Shown here piece by piece: positions 8,471-19,255 of a stretch of DNA of 64,000 bases. Source of the stretch: an uncultured Rhizobium sp. (GTDB lineage: Bacteria > Bacteroidota > Bacteroidia > NS11-12g > UBA955); NCBI GenBank assembly GCA_964408945.1, contig CAYPBJ010000005.1, forward strand, positions 7,186-71,185. The letters run 5' to 3'. Each line of letters starts with the position of its first letter. Position 1 is the stretch's first letter. The notes under the pieces are model-generated. The model was given only the letters and a program-made list of their open reading frames with translations. It did no database searches and was not told the origin of the DNA. A program made the translations under genes and the position numbers.

Positions 8471-8663
8471 AAATCAAATTCTGCTCGTTCGGACAAATGT
8501 ACGGATAAAACGATTGATTCAAAAAAATATTTTGTCATCATGACATTCATATGGAAAATGGATTTTCTATTCGTCAAAATAAGGTCTGTAATTAAGATAA
8601 AGGAAATATTCAATTTGATTATTCGTTACCTTTACATCAGTTTAAATTTATCCATTGTAAACA

Positions 8664-11600
8664 ATGCAATTGAAATTTATGATTAAAAGTTTTAAAATAA
8701 TAGCAGTCAATATTTTAACCTTTTTTGTAATCAATGTTCTTATTGGGCAAAGCTACAATCCATTCATTTCTAAGTCTGGTAAATGGGTTAAGTTGGAATT
8801 TGATAGAACAGGCGTATTCAAAATTGATTACAATAAACTAAAAGATTGGGGGTTTAATCCCTCTTTGATTAACCCTCAGGTAATAAGATGTTTTTCGGTA
8901 CAAGGAGAAGGCATTCCTATAATTAATGATTCAATTAATTCTTGGTCATTAATTGAAGCTCCGCTTAAAATAGTTGGAGGTCAAGATGGGGTAATAGATC
9001 CTCAAGATTATATCTTGGTTTACAGGAAAATTTCGAGAGGATGGAAGTTTCAAAACGGAATTTTTAAACACTATATAAACCCGCTTTCAAATAAATCTTA
9101 TGCTATTTTTGGATATTCAGATCCAACAGATACTAAATCTGAAAATTTAGGCAAACGTTTGTTGTACAAAGATAAATCCTCTGGTTCGGCAAACCAAACA
9201 ATAAATCAGGGTTTATACCTTCAATTTCATGACTCTGACCGAGTAAACCCCATGAAAATGAGTTCAAACTGGTTTGGTGAGCGTTTGGGAAATGAATATC
9301 TAAGTAAAACTTATGATTTTCCACTTGCTCACAATCCAGATACGGCTTGGGTAAATTTAAGATTGGCCCCATCCCTGATCAATGGTTCAGGTAAAGTAAT
9401 CATTACTATCAATCAAAAAAGAGACACCATAAATCTTAGAGCTGTTTACCCATCTGATGAAAATTACTACACTTTAACGCGAAATTATGGAATAAAAACG
9501 CCAGGAAATCAATTGAGAATTGTTATTGAATTGATTAGGCCCAACAACCAAAGTTCGCTTTACATAGATTATATCGAAGTACATTCCCCAGAAAATTTAA
9601 ATTTAAATACAAGTGCAAAAGAGTTTTACATTCCGCAATTAATAAGTGCTCAAAATGGTGTAAATGTGAATATTGTGTCCAACTTCAAGCCTGAAATTTG
9701 GAATGTAAGTAACAGTTATAAACCTGAAGAAATTTTAGGTACATTCAGCTCAAATTCTACCCAAATCATTTTTGAAAAGCAAGAAGCAACACATACACTC
9801 TTCGCATTTGACCCCAATCAATGTCCAACACCGCAAAAAATCAATGATGTAAAACCCAAAGATTACCATCTTATTGAAGCGGGTAAGCCGTTGTACCTTT
9901 CGGCCGATAAGTTTAAAACAGCTATCAAGCAGAGAATTTCTCAGGTTCAAGAATTTAATGGACTATTCAAAGGTCAATTAAGCGATCAAGAGAATGTATT
10001 TGCGAGTTTCCCCAATGCAAAATCTAAAATTCCTTTCTTCCAAGTTGTTTTCTTGTCTGATGTTTATGATGTTTTTTCTGGCGGACAACCTGATTTAATG
10101 GCAATTCGTAATTTTTCGCGAGAACTCGCTTCACCACTAACACTCATAGGTACAACTTCCTACGATTTCAAAGACAGAATTTCAAATAATACCAATTATA
10201 TACCCATTTATCAAAGTGCTAATGAGCAGTTGACGTCAGCTTTCTGTTTGGATGATTTCTTTGGATATCATGAATTAGGGCAAGGTGATCCATACGGTTC
10301 CAAAAATAAATTGTCACAGCCTGTAGGTAGGATTCCCGTGAGAACTGATTTAGAACTCAACAGCTACTTAAATAAACTCATCCGATTTAATCATCCCAAT
10401 GCACTGGGTAGTTGGAGAAATCAACTTTCTTTTGTTGCAGATGATATCGACGAACCTTGGGAAGCTGAATTTACCAGAGAATCTGAATCATATGCTCAAT
10501 ACATTACTGAAAATTATTCTTTTTTAAAAGTCAACAGACTTTATGCAGATGCATTTAAACAAGTAACCAACGGCAATAATGAAACTTATCCGGATGTAAC
10601 TAAATCCATTACTGACGCCTTCCAAAAAGGTAGTCTATTTATCAATTATCAGGGACATGGTGGTGAAAAGGGTTGGGGGCAAGAAGCTTTTTTTGATATA
10701 CCAACCATTAACGGGCTTAATAACCGATTCAATATGCCTGTTCTATTTACCGCAACCTGTGAATTTAGTAGGTATGATAATCCCGAATTTCAATCGGCAG
10801 GAGAACTCACACTGTTAAATCCAAATGGAGGTGCAATTGCTTTGATGACAACAACCAGATCAGTATGGGTATCGGGCAACTCATTGATTAACGAAGCATT
10901 TTGGACGAAATACGGTTTTCCTAAAGAAAACGAAGAAGTTCCAACTACAGGTGTACTTTATCAACGACTTAAGAATAGACCTTTTTTAACCTCTGAAGAC
11001 AATAAATTTGCATTTTTAGGAGATGTGTTTCAAAAACCTGCATTTCCTGAAAATCTAATTGAAGTTGATTCAATAAATCATCTGGCTACAACCAGTTTTG
11101 ATGATACTTTAAAAGCCTTTTCAGTGGTAGAAATCAAAGGAAGTATAAGGAAAAGAGGTTTATCAAACCCTTTGAATTTATACAATACATTCAATGGAGT
11201 TTTAGACGTAGAGATTTATGATAAACCCATTAAAAAAAGCACCTTAAACAACGATGGATCAAACGCAAATGTGCCCTTTGCTGTTGAAAATAGTGTGATT
11301 TTTAAGGGACAAGTAACGGTATATCAAGGACAATTTATGCTAAAATTTGCTGTTCCCAAAGACATATCTTACAGCCTAGGCGAGGGAAGAGCTTTGTTTT
11401 ATGCAAAAAATGATTACACTGACGCCAGTGGTTCTTGGAGTTTTGTTATTGGTGGTTCGGAGATTGTTACAGATATTGATACTATGGGGCCTACAGTAAA
11501 GGCATACATGAATGATACATTTTTTGTTTCAGGAGAGAATGTTCTCACAGATGCCCGTTTTATTGCCTTAGTAGATGACCCAAGTGGAATTAATTCAACT

Positions 11601-12149
11601 GGTGCCGGAATTGGCAGAGATATGCTTGTAATACTTGATCCCGGAACTGAAAATGAAAAATCATTTATAGTAAACGACTATTTCCAGTATTTACCAAATT
11701 CATTCCAAACGGGACTTATCAATTTTCCTTTGGAGGGACTTTCACCCGGTAAACATTCCATATCAGTAAAGGTTTGGGATATATTCAATAATTCAGGAAC
11801 CGATAAGGTTGACTTTGAAGTAGTGCCAGGTCGTCAACTTATCCTTTCTGGCAATCAATGTTCTCCAAATCCCGTTAATGATGGGCAAGAAATAAAACTG
11901 AGTTTTAGACACAATCTTGCAGGTGAAGATTTAACAGTCAAGGTGGATATTTTTGATATGGTAGGACAATTGATTTATAATCAAGAAGATAAGGAATATT
12001 TATCTAGTACAGAAGTTAATATAAGTATAAAAAATTCAGGTTATTTTGGGGGATGGCAACACAAATCGGGTTGTTATGTTTACCGAATCAGCGTTCAAAC
12101 ATCTGATGGTTTGTTAGAAACTGTTTCAGGTAAAATCATCCTTCAATAA
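8664..12149 (+). CDS. porU: Type IX secretion system sortase PorU (C25-like C-terminal signal peptidase)
   Basis: 1161 aa. It lies immediately upstream of porV and next to gldJ. It has a gingipain/C25-like central region (INYQGHGGEKGWG, LFTATCEF) and its own type-A CTD-like tail (CSPNPVNDG...VDIFDMVGQLIY...GKIILQ). Confidence 0.85.
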   Translation: MQLKFMIKSFKIIAVNILTFFVINVLIGQSYNPFISKSGKWVKLEFDRTGVFKIDYNKLKDWGFNPSLINPQVIRCFSVQGEGIPIINDSINSWSLIEAPLKIVGGQDGVIDPQDYILVYRKISRGWKFQNGIFKHYINPLSNKSYAIFGYSDPTDTKSENLGKRLLYKDKSSGSANQTINQGLYLQFHDSDRVNPMKMSSNWFGERLGNEYLSKTYDFPLAHNPDTAWVNLRLAPSLINGSGKVIITINQKRDTINLRAVYPSDENYYTLTRNYGIKTPGNQLRIVIELIRPNNQSSLYIDYIEVHSPENLNLNTSAKEFYIPQLISAQNGVNVNIVSNFKPEIWNVSNSYKPEEILGTFSSNSTQIIFEKQEATHTLFAFDPNQCPTPQKINDVKPKDYHLIEAGKPLYLSADKFKTAIKQRISQVQEFNGLFKGQLSDQENVFASFPNAKSKIPFFQVVFLSDVYDVFSGGQPDLMAIRNFSRELASPLTLIGTTSYDFKDRISNNTNYIPIYQSANEQLTSAFCLDDFFGYHELGQGDPYGSKNKLSQPVGRIPVRTDLELNSYLNKLIRFNHPNALGSWRNQLSFVADDIDEPWEAEFTRESESYAQYITENYSFLKVNRLYADAFKQVTNGNNETYPDVTKSITDAFQKGSLFINYQGHGGEKGWGQEAFFDIPTINGLNNRFNMPVLFTATCEFSRYDNPEFQSAGELTLLNPNGGAIALMTTTRSVWVSGNSLINEAFWTKYGFPKENEEVPTTGVLYQRLKNRPFLTSEDNKFAFLGDVFQKPAFPENLIEVDSINHLATTSFDDTLKAFSVVEIKGSIRKRGLSNPLNLYNTFNGVLDVEIYDKPIKKSTLNNDGSNANVPFAVENSVIFKGQVTVYQGQFMLKFAVPKDISYSLGEGRALFYAKNDYTDASGSWSFVIGGSEIVTDIDTMGPTVKAYMNDTFFVSGENVLTDARFIALVDDPSGINSTGAGIGRDMLVILDPGTENEKSFIVNDYFQYLPNSFQTGLINFPLEGLSPGKHSISVKVWDIFNNSGTDKVDFEVVPGRQLILSGNQCSPNPVNDGQEIKLSFRHNLAGEDLTVKVDIFDMVGQLIYNQEDKEYLSSTEVNISIKNSGYFGGWQHKSGCYVYRISVQTSDGLLETVSGKIILQ

Positions 12150-12229
12150 CTTAATTTCTTTCAAAAATGAAACACACAAAAAAAAATTATCATTCTAGCG
12201 GTTCAAACCCTATTTTTGCCAAAATCGTT

Positions 12230-13438
12230 ATGCGCAAATCAAGTTTGCTTTTCAGTGCCTTAATTGCATTCAGCGGAATTTCAAAAGCTCAACAAACATT
12301 TACATCGGCTGATCTAGTGGGTCAGTTGAATGTCATCACTACAATGGTGCCGTTTTTAACCATTTCTCCCGATAGCAGAAGTGCTGGTATGGGAGATGTT
12401 GGTGTAGCGCTATTTAACCCAGATGCCAATAGTACTCATTGGAATACCGCCAACTTAGCTTTTGCTACTAAGAAAACAGGTTTTTCTGTTTCCTATGCTC
12501 CTTGGTTGCGTCAATTGGTTGACGATGTTGGATTTTCATATTTATCTGGCTATTCTAAATTGGGTAAAAACTCTGCTGTTTCTGGATCATTCAGATATTT
12601 CACTTTAGGAAACATCAATTTTACAGACATGGAAGGGAACCCTACCGGTAGTTTTAATCCCAATGAATTTGCTTTAGATTTAGGTTATACCACCAGATTT
12701 TCTGACAACTTTGCTATGGGAGTGAATCTTCGATACATTTATTCAAATATCGTTGGTAGCGGACTTAGAAATGGAATAGACTACACAGCAGGAACCTCAG
12801 TTGCTGGAGATATCAACATGATTTATAGAAATCAGTTGAGGCTGCAGGGCAAACGTTTGCGCTACAACGTGGGTGCCAACATTCAAAACATTGGAGCAAA
12901 AATGACTTATTCTTCTAGAGAAAAAAGAGATTTTATTCCAACGAACTTGAAATTAGGAGTAGGTGTAAATTATGAAATAGACGCTCATAACGAGGTTAAT
13001 TTCTATCTTGATATTAATAAACTTTTAGTCCCAACAAGACCTTTTTACCTGCAGAATTACAATAATACCGGTGATTCAATGGACAAAGCAACTGGAAAGC
13101 CTGTAATTGTCGGTTACGACCCTAATGTTGGTGTAGTACAGGGCATGGCTCAATCATTTTACGATGCCCCTGGCGGATTTAAAGAAGAAATGAATGAAAT
13201 CACACCCTCATTTGGAATGGAATATATGTACGACAAGACGTTTTCAATTCGTTCAGGTTTGTTTTATGAAGCCCAAACAAAAGGGGCTCGACAATACTTA
13301 ACTTTGGGAATGGGTCTTAAATTTCAATCACTTACGTTGGATGCAGCATATTTAGTTCCTTTTAGAAGCAGACACCCTTTGCAAAATCAAATGAGATTTT
13401 CACTATTGTTTGATCTAGCAGCGCTTTCTGACCAGTAA
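12230..13438 (+). CDS. porV: Type IX secretion outer-membrane shuttle protein PorV (LptO)
   Basis: Signal peptide MRKSSLLFSALIAFSGISKAQ, then the PorV signature FLTISPDSRSAGMGDVGVA. It has beta-barrel character and follows porU by 17-80 nt. The start is trimmed to Met22 of the track ORF. Confidence 0.88.
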   Translation: MRKSSLLFSALIAFSGISKAQQTFTSADLVGQLNVITTMVPFLTISPDSRSAGMGDVGVALFNPDANSTHWNTANLAFATKKTGFSVSYAPWLRQLVDDVGFSYLSGYSKLGKNSAVSGSFRYFTLGNINFTDMEGNPTGSFNPNEFALDLGYTTRFSDNFAMGVNLRYIYSNIVGSGLRNGIDYTAGTSVAGDINMIYRNQLRLQGKRLRYNVGANIQNIGAKMTYSSREKRDFIPTNLKLGVGVNYEIDAHNEVNFYLDINKLLVPTRPFYLQNYNNTGDSMDKATGKPVIVGYDPNVGVVQGMAQSFYDAPGGFKEEMNEITPSFGMEYMYDKTFSIRSGLFYEAQTKGARQYLTLGMGLKFQSLTLDAAYLVPFRSRHPLQNQMRFSLLFDLAALSDQ

Positions 13439-13447
13439 CTTTGCGTA

Positions 13448-14989
13448 ATGTCTAATTCAAGAGATTTACTCATTCAAAAACGCCATGATTCCAAATTGGG
13501 TGGCGGTCAAAAGAGAATAGATTCCCAACATGCCAAAGGAAAACTTACAGCAAGAGAGAGATTAGATATTCTCCTTGATGAGGGCTCATTCCAAGAAATT
13601 GGTGCTTTTGTAACACACAGAAGCTCAGATTTTGGAATGGATAAACAGAAATTATTGGGAGACGGTGTTGTAACCGGTTATGGCAATATCAACGGGAGGT
13701 TGGTTTATGTATTTTCTCAAGATTTCACTGTTTTTGGAGGATCTTTATCCGAAACTCATGCAGAGAAAATTTGCAAAATCATGGATATGGCTCTGAAGAA
13801 TGGCGCGCCTTTGGTGGGTCTGAATGATTCAGGCGGAGCGCGTATCCAAGAAGGAGTAGTTTCTCTAGGGGGGTATGCAGATATATTCTATAGAAATGTT
13901 CAGTCTAGCGGAGTGATTCCTCAAATAAGTGCCATCATGGGTCCATGTGCAGGGGGAGCGGTTTATTCCCCAGCGCTTACTGATTTTATTACGATGGTAG
14001 AAAATACTAGTTACATGTTTGTAACAGGACCGAACGTGGTTAAAACGGTTACCAATGAAGATGTTTCAAGTGAAGACTTAGGCGGTGCTTCAGTGCATGG
14101 CTCAAAAAGCGGTGTCGCTCACTTTACAGAACCAAACGAGGTGGTATGCTTAAAAAATATTAGACAACTTTTGAGTTATATTCCTTCAAACTGTGAAGAA
14201 AATGCACCCTCAATTCCATATCAAAAAGGAAATGAATCAAGGGAAGCTTTAGCACAGATTATACCTGATAATCCCAATCAACCTTACGATATTAAAGATT
14301 TAATTCATCAAGTAGTTGATGAAGGTTCTTTCTTTGAAGTGCATAAAAATTTCGCTGAAAATATTGTAGTTGGTTTTGCTCGACTTGCAGGAAGAAGTAT
14401 AGGTATTGTAGCAAATCAACCTGCTAATTTAGCCGGAGTACTTGATGTTCATAGCAGCCAAAAAGGAGGTCGGTTTGTGCGTTTTTGTGACGCGTTTAAT
14501 ATTCCTCTGTTGGTTTTTGAAGATGTTCCAGGATTTTTACCCGGAACCGATCAAGAATGGAATGCAATAATTACCAATGGTGCTAAATTATTGTATGCAT
14601 TCAGTGAAGCTACAGTCCCTCGTATTACAGTAATCACACGTAAAGCGTATGGTGGGGCATATGATGTCATGAACAGTAAACACATTGGTGCTGATTTAAA
14701 TTTTGCTTGGCCAACCGCCGAAATAGCTGTAATGGGAGCAAAAGGAGCTGCTGAAATTATTTTCAAACGAGAAATTGATTCTGCTGAGAATAAAGAAATG
14801 GCTTGGAAAGAAAAAGAAAAAGAATATTCTGATCTTTTTGCTAATCCATATAGAGCTGCTGAACGCGGATTTATTGACGAGGTTATACTTCCTGAGGAAA
14901 CAAGAGACCGATTAATAAAAGCATTTAAGATGCTCGAAAACAAAGTGGTAAATAATCCGAAGAAAAAGCACGGTAATATACCATTATAA
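13448..14989 (+). CDS. Acyl-CoA carboxylase carboxyltransferase (beta) subunit (propionyl-CoA carboxylase / methylmalonyl-CoA carboxyltransferase family)
   Basis: 513 aa with the carboxyl_trans family pattern ([61 protein letters not shown]). Confidence 0.9.
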   Translation: MSNSRDLLIQKRHDSKLGGGQKRIDSQHAKGKLTARERLDILLDEGSFQEIGAFVTHRSSDFGMDKQKLLGDGVVTGYGNINGRLVYVFSQDFTVFGGSLSETHAEKICKIMDMALKNGAPLVGLNDSGGARIQEGVVSLGGYADIFYRNVQSSGVIPQISAIMGPCAGGAVYSPALTDFITMVENTSYMFVTGPNVVKTVTNEDVSSEDLGGASVHGSKSGVAHFTEPNEVVCLKNIRQLLSYIPSNCEENAPSIPYQKGNESREALAQIIPDNPNQPYDIKDLIHQVVDEGSFFEVHKNFAENIVVGFARLAGRSIGIVANQPANLAGVLDVHSSQKGGRFVRFCDAFNIPLLVFEDVPGFLPGTDQEWNAIITNGAKLLYAFSEATVPRITVITRKAYGGAYDVMNSKHIGADLNFAWPTAEIAVMGAKGAAEIIFKREIDSAENKEMAWKEKEKEYSDLFANPYRAAERGFIDEVILPEETRDRLIKAFKMLENKVVNNPKKKHGNIPL

Positions 14990-15009
14990 AAAAACTAAAA
15001 ATCCTTAAA

Positions 15010-15035
15010 AACGCCTCAAAAAGAGGCGTTTTTTG
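15010..15035 (+). terminator. Rho-independent terminator after the carboxyltransferase gene
   Basis: Hairpin aacgcctc / gaggcgtt followed by a T-run. Confidence 0.75.
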
Positions 15036-15116
15036 TTGAAAATTGGGCTTTTTTAACAAAAAATCGCCCCAAATCGACTTTTTTTTAGTTTCTTTGCTCC
15101 CCTAATAATTACCGTA

Positions 15117-15596
15117 ATGGACTTAAGAGAAATTCAAGCATTAATCAAATTTGTGTCCCAAAATTCGGTTGACGAAGTTGAAATCAATCGCAAAGATTTC
15201 AAACTACTCATCAAAAAGAATCCTGCTCAAGTTACTACCGCTGTTGTATCTGCTCCAACCATGGTAGCTGCGCCAGTTGCAGCACAAGCTCCTGCAGCAA
15301 TTCCTGCTGCAGCGCCCGCTGTGCCAGCTGCTACTGCAGCCCCTGCTGCTACCAATTATATTGAAATCAAATCTCCTATGGTGGGTACTTTTTATCGCGC
15401 TTCGAACCCAGAGTCACCCAATTTTGTAAGTGTTGGTGATGAAGTTGCACCAGGTAAGGTAGTTTGCATCATTGAAGCGATGAAGTTATTCAATGAAATT
15501 GAAAGTGACATTAAAGGGAAAATCGTGAAGATTTTGGTTGACAATGCAACTCCAGTTGAATACGATCAACCTTTATTCTTGGTTGAACCAGCCTAA
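15117..15596 (+). CDS. accB: Biotin carboxyl carrier protein
   Basis: 159 aa with an Ala/Pro-rich linker and the biotinylation motif [11 protein letters not shown]. Confidence 0.93.
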   Translation: MDLREIQALIKFVSQNSVDEVEINRKDFKLLIKKNPAQVTTAVVSAPTMVAAPVAAQAPAAIPAAAPAVPAATAAPAATNYIEIKSPMVGTFYRASNPESPNFVSVGDEVAPGKVVCIIEAMKLFNEIESDIKGKIVKILVDNATPVEYDQPLFLVEPA

Positions 15597-15607
15597 ATAC
15601 AATCATC

Positions 15608-16945
15608 ATGTTTAAGAAAATTTTAATCGCGAATCGCGGTGAAATTGCTTTGCGAATCATTCGTACGTGTAAGGAAATGGGCATCAAAACGGTGGCCGTA
15701 TACTCTACAGCCGATAGGGAAAGTTTGCATGTGCGATTTGCTGATGAAGCGGTTTGTATAGGCCCTCCGCCAAGTAGAGATAGCTACTTGAATATTCCGA
15801 GAATCCTGGCTGCCGCCGAAGTAACCAATGCAGACGCCATTCACCCAGGCTATGGCTTTTTGTCTGAAAATTCTAAATTTTCTGCGATTTGCAGAGATCA
15901 CGGGATTAAATTTATTGGTGCAACTCCCGAGCAAATTGATATGATGGGAGATAAAAGCAATGCTAAAGATACCATGAAAAAAGCAGGTGTACCAACTATT
16001 CCTGGTTCAGATGGACTATTAGAAAGCATTGAACAAGCAAAAACAGTGGCAGAAACCATTGGATTTCCAGTGATCATGAAAGCTACTGCTGGCGGTGGTG
16101 GACGTGGTATGCGAATTGTTTGGGCCCAAGATGAAATTGAGGGTGCATGGAATTCTGCAAGAACTGAAGCCGGCGCTGCTTTCGGAAATGATGGTCTCTA
16201 CATGGAAAAATATATTGAAGAGCCCCGCCACATTGAAATCCAAATTGCCGGAGATCAATACGGTAAGGTTTGTCATTTGAGCGAGCGTGACTGTTCAATT
16301 CAAAGAAGACATCAAAAGTTGGTTGAAGAAACGCCATCTCCTTTTATGACTGATGAACTTAGAACAAAAATGGGTGAAGCCGCAAAAGCTGCCGCTCAAA
16401 TCATCAATTATGAAGGAGTAGGTACTGTTGAATTTTTGGTTGACAAACACCGCAATTTCTATTTCATGGAAATGAATACCCGTATTCAAGTGGAACATCC
16501 CGTGACTGAAGAGGTGATAAATTATGATTTAGTTAAAGAACAAATCCTTATTGCTGCCGGTGTTCCAATTTCCGGAAAAGATTATATCCCTACAAAAGCA
16601 GCTATTGAGGTTCGTATCAATGCTGAAGATGTTTACAAGGATTTTCGTCCAAGCCCAGGTAAAATCAAAGTATTACATAAGCCCGGTGGACATGGTGTTC
16701 GTGTAGACACACATATTTACGCAGGATATACCATTCCTCCGTATTATGATTCCATGATTGCCAAATTGATTGTATCAGCACAGACCCGTGAAGAAGCCAT
16801 TGTAAAAATGGAGAGAGCCTTAAGTGAGTTTGTTATTGAGGGTATTGAAACAACCATACCATTGCATATTCAATTGATGAAAAATGAAGATTTCAGAGCA
16901 GGTAATTTTACAACCGCTTTCATGAACACTTTCGAAATCAAGTGA
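15608..16945 (+). CDS. accC: Biotin carboxylase
   Basis: 445 aa. N-terminus [19 protein letters not shown], an ATP-grasp segment GGGGRGMR, and [15 protein letters not shown]. Confidence 0.95.
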   Translation: MFKKILIANRGEIALRIIRTCKEMGIKTVAVYSTADRESLHVRFADEAVCIGPPPSRDSYLNIPRILAAAEVTNADAIHPGYGFLSENSKFSAICRDHGIKFIGATPEQIDMMGDKSNAKDTMKKAGVPTIPGSDGLLESIEQAKTVAETIGFPVIMKATAGGGGRGMRIVWAQDEIEGAWNSARTEAGAAFGNDGLYMEKYIEEPRHIEIQIAGDQYGKVCHLSERDCSIQRRHQKLVEETPSPFMTDELRTKMGEAAKAAAQIINYEGVGTVEFLVDKHRNFYFMEMNTRIQVEHPVTEEVINYDLVKEQILIAAGVPISGKDYIPTKAAIEVRINAEDVYKDFRPSPGKIKVLHKPGGHGVRVDTHIYAGYTIPPYYDSMIAKLIVSAQTREEAIVKMERALSEFVIEGIETTIPLHIQLMKNEDFRAGNFTTAFMNTFEIK

Positions 16946-17034
16946 ATGTTTAAATAATAGGCATTATTTCTGTGAAGCACTCTGCAATTTTTGTGGGGTG
17001 TTTTTTTTGGCATTATAATTGTAATGAAATAGTC

Positions 17035-17559
17035 ATGAAACGATTGTTACTTCCAATAGTTTGTAGCTTAATTATGTTGCCTCAAAGTTTGAGTGCTCAT
17101 GTTGAATCTCATGACAAATCTACTAGAATGCTCATGATTCAAACGCTTCTGGAAATTAAAATTGCCATTGAGTTTGTTCCTGAAAAAGCCAAATTGGCAC
17201 ATCAAAATGATGATATTCAAAGTTTATTCAAACAAAAAGGAGTAAGATTGTCTAAATGGATGTCTGAAAGCCCTAATGTTAGAATGTTTCAAGGCGCAGA
17301 TCCTATATTAGTGCGAATGGGTTACCAAGTTCGCGATTTTAAAGTAGAACTTAAAGAAAACTTGAAACATATAGTAGATAAAGGATTTTGCCACGAAGTT
17401 GTAGGCTGGGAAAAAGACCCATATTTCAAGGAATCAATCATTAAAATTGATAAGTTGATTGCGGACATACAAAAAATGCCAGACCCAATTTCTAATCACG
17501 ATCTGAAAGACTTAAAGCATAAGGTAGAACAACAGTTTGTTCCCGTTGTTTTGTTCTAG
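17035..17559 (+). CDS. Hypothetical secreted protein
   Basis: The ORF is trimmed to the ATG preceding signal peptide MKRLLLPIVCSLIMLPQSLSA. I recognise no family motif. Confidence 0.45.
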   Translation: MKRLLLPIVCSLIMLPQSLSAHVESHDKSTRMLMIQTLLEIKIAIEFVPEKAKLAHQNDDIQSLFKQKGVRLSKWMSESPNVRMFQGADPILVRMGYQVRDFKVELKENLKHIVDKGFCHEVVGWEKDPYFKESIIKIDKLIADIQKMPDPISNHDLKDLKHKVEQQFVPVVLF

Positions 17560-17560
17560 A

Positions 17561-17980
17561 TTATTTAAATCTCACGCCAGTGGCCATGAATTTAGTGGCT
17601 AGACCACCGAATTTGTTTCCAAGCGTGTCGTTTTCATTTTCTAACCAAATAGTATCCTTGTAGAAATGGCCAACCGCATAAGCATTCTTCTTTGCAATGC
17701 CTTTGGGAACCGTAAATTCATCGTTGAAATCAACCACTAAGTTTTCACCGTCAATGTCATATGCAAACCAACAGCCTTCAGCTTGGCAAACCTCTTTAAC
17801 TCGTCCAAAAACGATAAAATCAGTATTACTGCTATTGGTTGTATACTGTGATAAAGCTTCTTTTATACCAATGGCTTTTTGCGTTTCTACAGGTTGGCCA
17901 ATTTGATTGTAATCAGAGTTGCAAGCAACCAAAATAAATGCGGCTAATCCAAATACAGTTTTAAATATTCCCAATTTCAT
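17561..17980 (-). CDS. Small lipoprotein, DUF4920-like
   Basis: 139 aa with lipobox LVAC. The VKEVCQAEGCWF segment resembles the conserved Cys pair I recall for DUF4920 proteins. The family assignment is from memory only. Confidence 0.5.
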   Translation of the reverse strand: MKLGIFKTVFGLAAFILVACNSDYNQIGQPVETQKAIGIKEALSQYTTNSSNTDFIVFGRVKEVCQAEGCWFAYDIDGENLVVDFNDEFTVPKGIAKKNAYAVGHFYKDTIWLENENDTLGNKFGGLATKFMATGVRFK

Positions 17981-17995
17981 GTGACAAAATTACGC

Positions 17996-19255
17996 TTATT
18001 TACGCTGCAATCCCAAACCATCATAATAGGGATAAATGAGATAGGGTTTCCGCTTTGTAATGAATGTTTCAATGCCTGAGCTCCAACTTTCTCTAATTTC
18101 TTCAGCCGATTTGCCCGATTCAATTTGCTTCCGAAGGGACTCTGTGCCAGCCAGTTTGGTGAAAAAAGAATTGAAGAAGGGCGTTTTTTCCTCTTTGGGG
18201 TACTCTTGATGCAATAAAATCAGCCATTCCAAATATATATGCCTGAATGAAATCAAATACTCACTGGCAAAATCCGAAACTAACATGCCTTGACATTGTT
18301 GTCCAACAAAGGGCGGGTTATTAGCTTTTCCGGGGATATTTTTAGGGGTAAAAGTATATCTACCCGTTTTTAACCAGGGTGCACCAAAACATTCAAATGG
18401 CTTATCTGTGCCTCTTCCCATGCTGATATTGATTCCTTCAAATAATCCCAAGGTAGGATAAAGAATGATTGATTCTGGACTGGGTAAATTAGGGGATGGT
18501 GCAATGGGTAATTTGTAATATCTATTGTGATCGTAATTTTCACAAGGAATAACCGTGAGTTTTAAGCTGTCTTTTTTATTAATCCATGATTCGCCTCTGA
18601 TCATCAAGGCCAATTCGCCTAGGGTCATGCCATGCACCAATGGGATGGGGTGCAGGCCTACCATGCTTTGGTGTTCGGTTTCTAATATTGGTCCATCAAT
18701 GTAATATCCGTTGGGATTGGGTCTGTCTAAAACAATGAAATTCACTTTATTCTCGGCGCAAGCTTCCATGCAATAATGCATAGTGCTCAAATAAGTGTAG
18801 AATCTTACTCCAACATCTTGAATATCGAAAATCAGTACATCAATATCTTTTAACTGATCTGCAGTTGGTTTTTTATTTTTACCATATAAACTGATAATTG
18901 ATAGCCCTGTTTTGGGATCTTTACCGTTGGATATTGATTCGCCGTTGGCAGCATCGCCTCTAAATCCATGCTCAGGGGCAAATATTTTTTGAATTTTGAT
19001 TCCCCTTTTCATCAAGGTATCAACCAAGTGAGTGCCATTGATGAATGCCGTATGGTTGGTGACAACCCCAACGTTCTTTCCCAATAAAAAGGGTAAATAG
19101 TCATTCATTCTTTCAGCTCCTACTTGAATGGGCGGACGTTGTGCTTCCAATCTCAAACTGATTAGGGCTAAACACAGAATAAATGACTTGATTAGAAGCG
19201 GAAACGAAAAATGCGTTGTATTTTTGGACGACTTCATGAATTGGAAATGGCTCAT
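17996..19255 (-). CDS. DUF1343 family protein (NamZ-like exo-beta-N-acetylmuramidase)
   Basis: The DUF1343 pattern is present: VGVVTNHTA, FAPEHGFRGD, DIQDVGVRFYTY, LDRPNP. It has an N-terminal signal peptide. The start is either 19255 or the ATG at 19237. Confidence 0.8.
   Translation of the reverse strand: MSHFQFMKSSKNTTHFSFPLLIKSFILCLALISLRLEAQRPPIQVGAERMNDYLPFLLGKNVGVVTNHTAFINGTHLVDTLMKRGIKIQKIFAPEHGFRGDAANGESISNGKDPKTGLSIISLYGKNKKPTADQLKDIDVLIFDIQDVGVRFYTYLSTMHYCMEACAENKVNFIVLDRPNPNGYYIDGPILETEHQSMVGLHPIPLVHGMTLGELALMIRGESWINKKDSLKLTVIPCENYDHNRYYKLPIAPSPNLPSPESIILYPTLGLFEGINISMGRGTDKPFECFGAPWLKTGRYTFTPKNIPGKANNPPFVGQQCQGMLVSDFASEYLISFRHIYLEWLILLHQEYPKEEKTPFFNSFFTKLAGTESLRKQIESGKSAEEIRESWSSGIETFITKRKPYLIYPYYDGLGLQRK

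Noticed and set aside
14551-14943. A 130-aa antisense ORF inside the carboxyltransferase gene, with similar long antisense ORFs inside accC (15623-16498), serS (62946-63260) and the CCA-enzyme gene (61461-61766).
   Set aside because: Their compositions are low-complexity and Ser/Ile/Ala-rich, typical of the reverse frame of a real gene. They have no independent start context, and the sense-strand genes carry unambiguous family motifs.
15222-15360. A repetitive GC-rich tract (gct/gca/cct repeats) that stands out from the AT-rich background and could be a tandem repeat or a foreign insert.
   Set aside because: It encodes the Ala/Pro-rich flexible linker of the biotin carboxyl carrier protein, a normal feature of AccB.
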